A DNA stretch of 64,000 bases from Anolis carolinensis (Eukaryota): assembly GCF_035594765.1 (NCBI RefSeq), contig NC_085844.1, positions 103,493,923-103,557,922 on the forward strand. The letters are read 5' to 3'. A program made the position numbers and the translations under genes. Under the pieces are notes generated by a model. That model was given only the letters and a program-made list of their open reading frames with translations, ran no database searches and was not told the origin of the DNA. Shown here one piece after another: positions 62,029-64,000 of this stretch (within the stretch, counting starts at the first letter, position 1; every line of letters starts with the position of its first letter).

Positions 62029-64000
62029 AGATCCCATGTCTGAAAAATAATAATTGAAAATTTACATGGAACTGAGTAGTTAATGTACAAGTTTGATAGC
62101 TCACTTGGAAATGGATTTCATAAAAACATACACATTCCTCATTCCTCATTTTCCCGTCCTGTTGTCTTGGTGCTTTGGTAGTGTCTTTAATGCTAGAAGG
62201 CAGAAAAGTATGAGGCAAACTGCTGTCACAAGGTGTTGAATTCTCTGGAATACATGTTTGATTGTTGACTTGATCTTGGAAACACAGGAAAGCTCAACAG
62301 TATCTGACAGTTCTAGCTTGGATGGGCTGAAACTCAGAGATACTGCAGCACTTGTGGGATAAGAAGTGGCAGAGTATGGAACTGTCTACTTGGCTCTTTG
62401 TTGGTGGCCATGGCTACTTGCCCTAAATGAATGAGATATTGCAAATAGGATGTTTATTGTAAATAGGATGTCTTGATGATACCATTGATTATAGATTTTC
62501 TTGTTGAAATCTGCCTGTAAGTGGGTTCTGAGAGATGGGACAAATATTTTTTCCATGGTTTCTGAAAAGAACTGCTTAGATGCTACCATTTCCCTTCTTT
62601 GTCAGCTCTGCCCTTTTGTTGCAATTCAAACCAATAATTAAGGGGAGAGGATTGTCGTCATGCTCTCTGCATGCAGCCAACTAATAGATCAATTTGACCT
62701 TATTAGCTCATCATGTTAGTTAATTTGGCTTGGAGCCGCAGCATTAAACGTTGGCAATATATATTTTCTCAAGGTTCCTGCACAAGCAGTCAGGGAGTTT
62801 ATTAATACTTTTGTTGTGCTGCTGTTGGATTCTGAATTCTGGTACATGTTGCTGTGGCCTCCAACTGTAACACAGATCCTACCTATCTTTTTTTGTGTGC
62901 AGTGACAGGGGCGATAGGGTGTTTTGGGAATGGGAGGGGGATAGAAGGGGGAATTCATCCTCTTCACCCTCCCTTGTCACCCAATATCACTCAATGTCAC
63001 TCAGGCCAATATCAATGCATGCAAAGGAGGGGATGGGAATGGTAGCTCCCTCATGGAGTCCAGTCCAATTGAGACTTCATGATTCTGCTGCACACTGCTT
63101 TTGCCTGTGCATTTCCAAATTAGAAGAGCTACAATTGGTCTTTGGGCCACATGATGGACTTGAGTTGAGAAAGACGGAAAATATTGTTTCTATGGTTAAT
63201 TGAATGTTAGATTTTACCCAATGTTATCATAAGATGAACTGAAATAATTTAATTATATGCTCAAGATCTGTGAGAAGAATACCTTGGGACAGCAGCTCCC
63301 CAAATTTCCCAGTTAGCAAGTTGCTGCTCTTTTTGAGTATTCTAGGATAAACTCTGAAAACTCCCATTCCAAGGTAGACCAGTGTGTATAAGTAAAAGGT
63401 TAAGAACATCTGCATTTTCTGAAAATGTTGAAAGCGTTATAAATGTATTTTTCTTTCCTCTCTGGATAGTAACTTGGGTTCGTTCCCAATTAAGATTCCT
63501 TGGCAGTTCTATAGCTGCCTGCAGTCTTTTTAATTTTTGCAGCATATTGCATTCAATGTCTGGAGTTTTTCAATGCAGTATTTGCTGCTTTATGATGAGA
63601 GGGTTGTGGGTGCAGACAGGTCTGCTTGAAAAAGGAAACCTTGTTTATGGATACAAGTTAATGGATCTTGCTGAAATAAGCATTCCTAGAGGAAGTTTAA
63701 GAAAAGGAGGGGGAAAATCTCTAATGGCAGACATTGTCAAAGCTGACTGTTTAGCACAAGCTGTGTTACAGCTGGAAAACTGCAAAAGAAAGGTTGAATG
63801 TTCCAGGGAAGGCCAAATAAAGAAACATTAGTAAGTATCAGTTAAGTAGGCTGCCTTGGCATGGCAGCCAAAAGTAAGACATAAGTTTGCTTTAGTGATT
63901 GTATGCAAGATGTAAACATAACTAATCAAGGATAGTACTGAAGACAGAGGTTTCCCTCTGAGGGTTGTAGAATAAAATTCTGTTTAAAGTGCAGAATCAA

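Noticed and set aside
63382-63831. 149-aa ORF
   Set aside because: Non-ATG start, no domain, and composition typical of non-coding AT-rich DNA.

Overview
AT-rich vertebrate non-coding DNA (intron or intergenic). The repeat content points strongly to a squamate, most likely the green anole Anolis carolinensis; this is inferred from recalled repeat families, not from a search. I recognise no host protein-coding exon, intact RNA gene or CRISPR array. Every convincing ORF comes from a retroelement. The window holds many transposable elements. LINEs: L1 (x2), CR1 (one with an open 265-aa RT segment), L2 (one 2.7 kb with endonuclease and RT motifs), RTE/Bov-B, R4/Dong-like, and a Vingi-like 3' end. 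SINEs: at least five types (Sauria, L2-tailed tRNA SINE, poly-A tRNA SINE, 5S-derived, MIR/CORE-like). DNA elements: three OC1/Charlie-like hAT MITEs with perfect 8-bp TSDs, many PIF/Harbinger and Tigger-like MITEs, and two Helitrons. There is also a 1.1-kb solo LTR and two assembly gaps. The most notable structure is a ~300-bp AT-rich cassette with an L2-type tail, present four times. It entered the same hAT backbone at two different sites. At one site (ACATACAA|TATATT), three of the four copies were hit by different events: an LTR insertion, a Helitron insertion and a 23-bp deletion. The solo LTR also carries an open 131-aa basic-then-acidic ORF. Family names are from memory and need RepeatMasker/Dfam confirmation.
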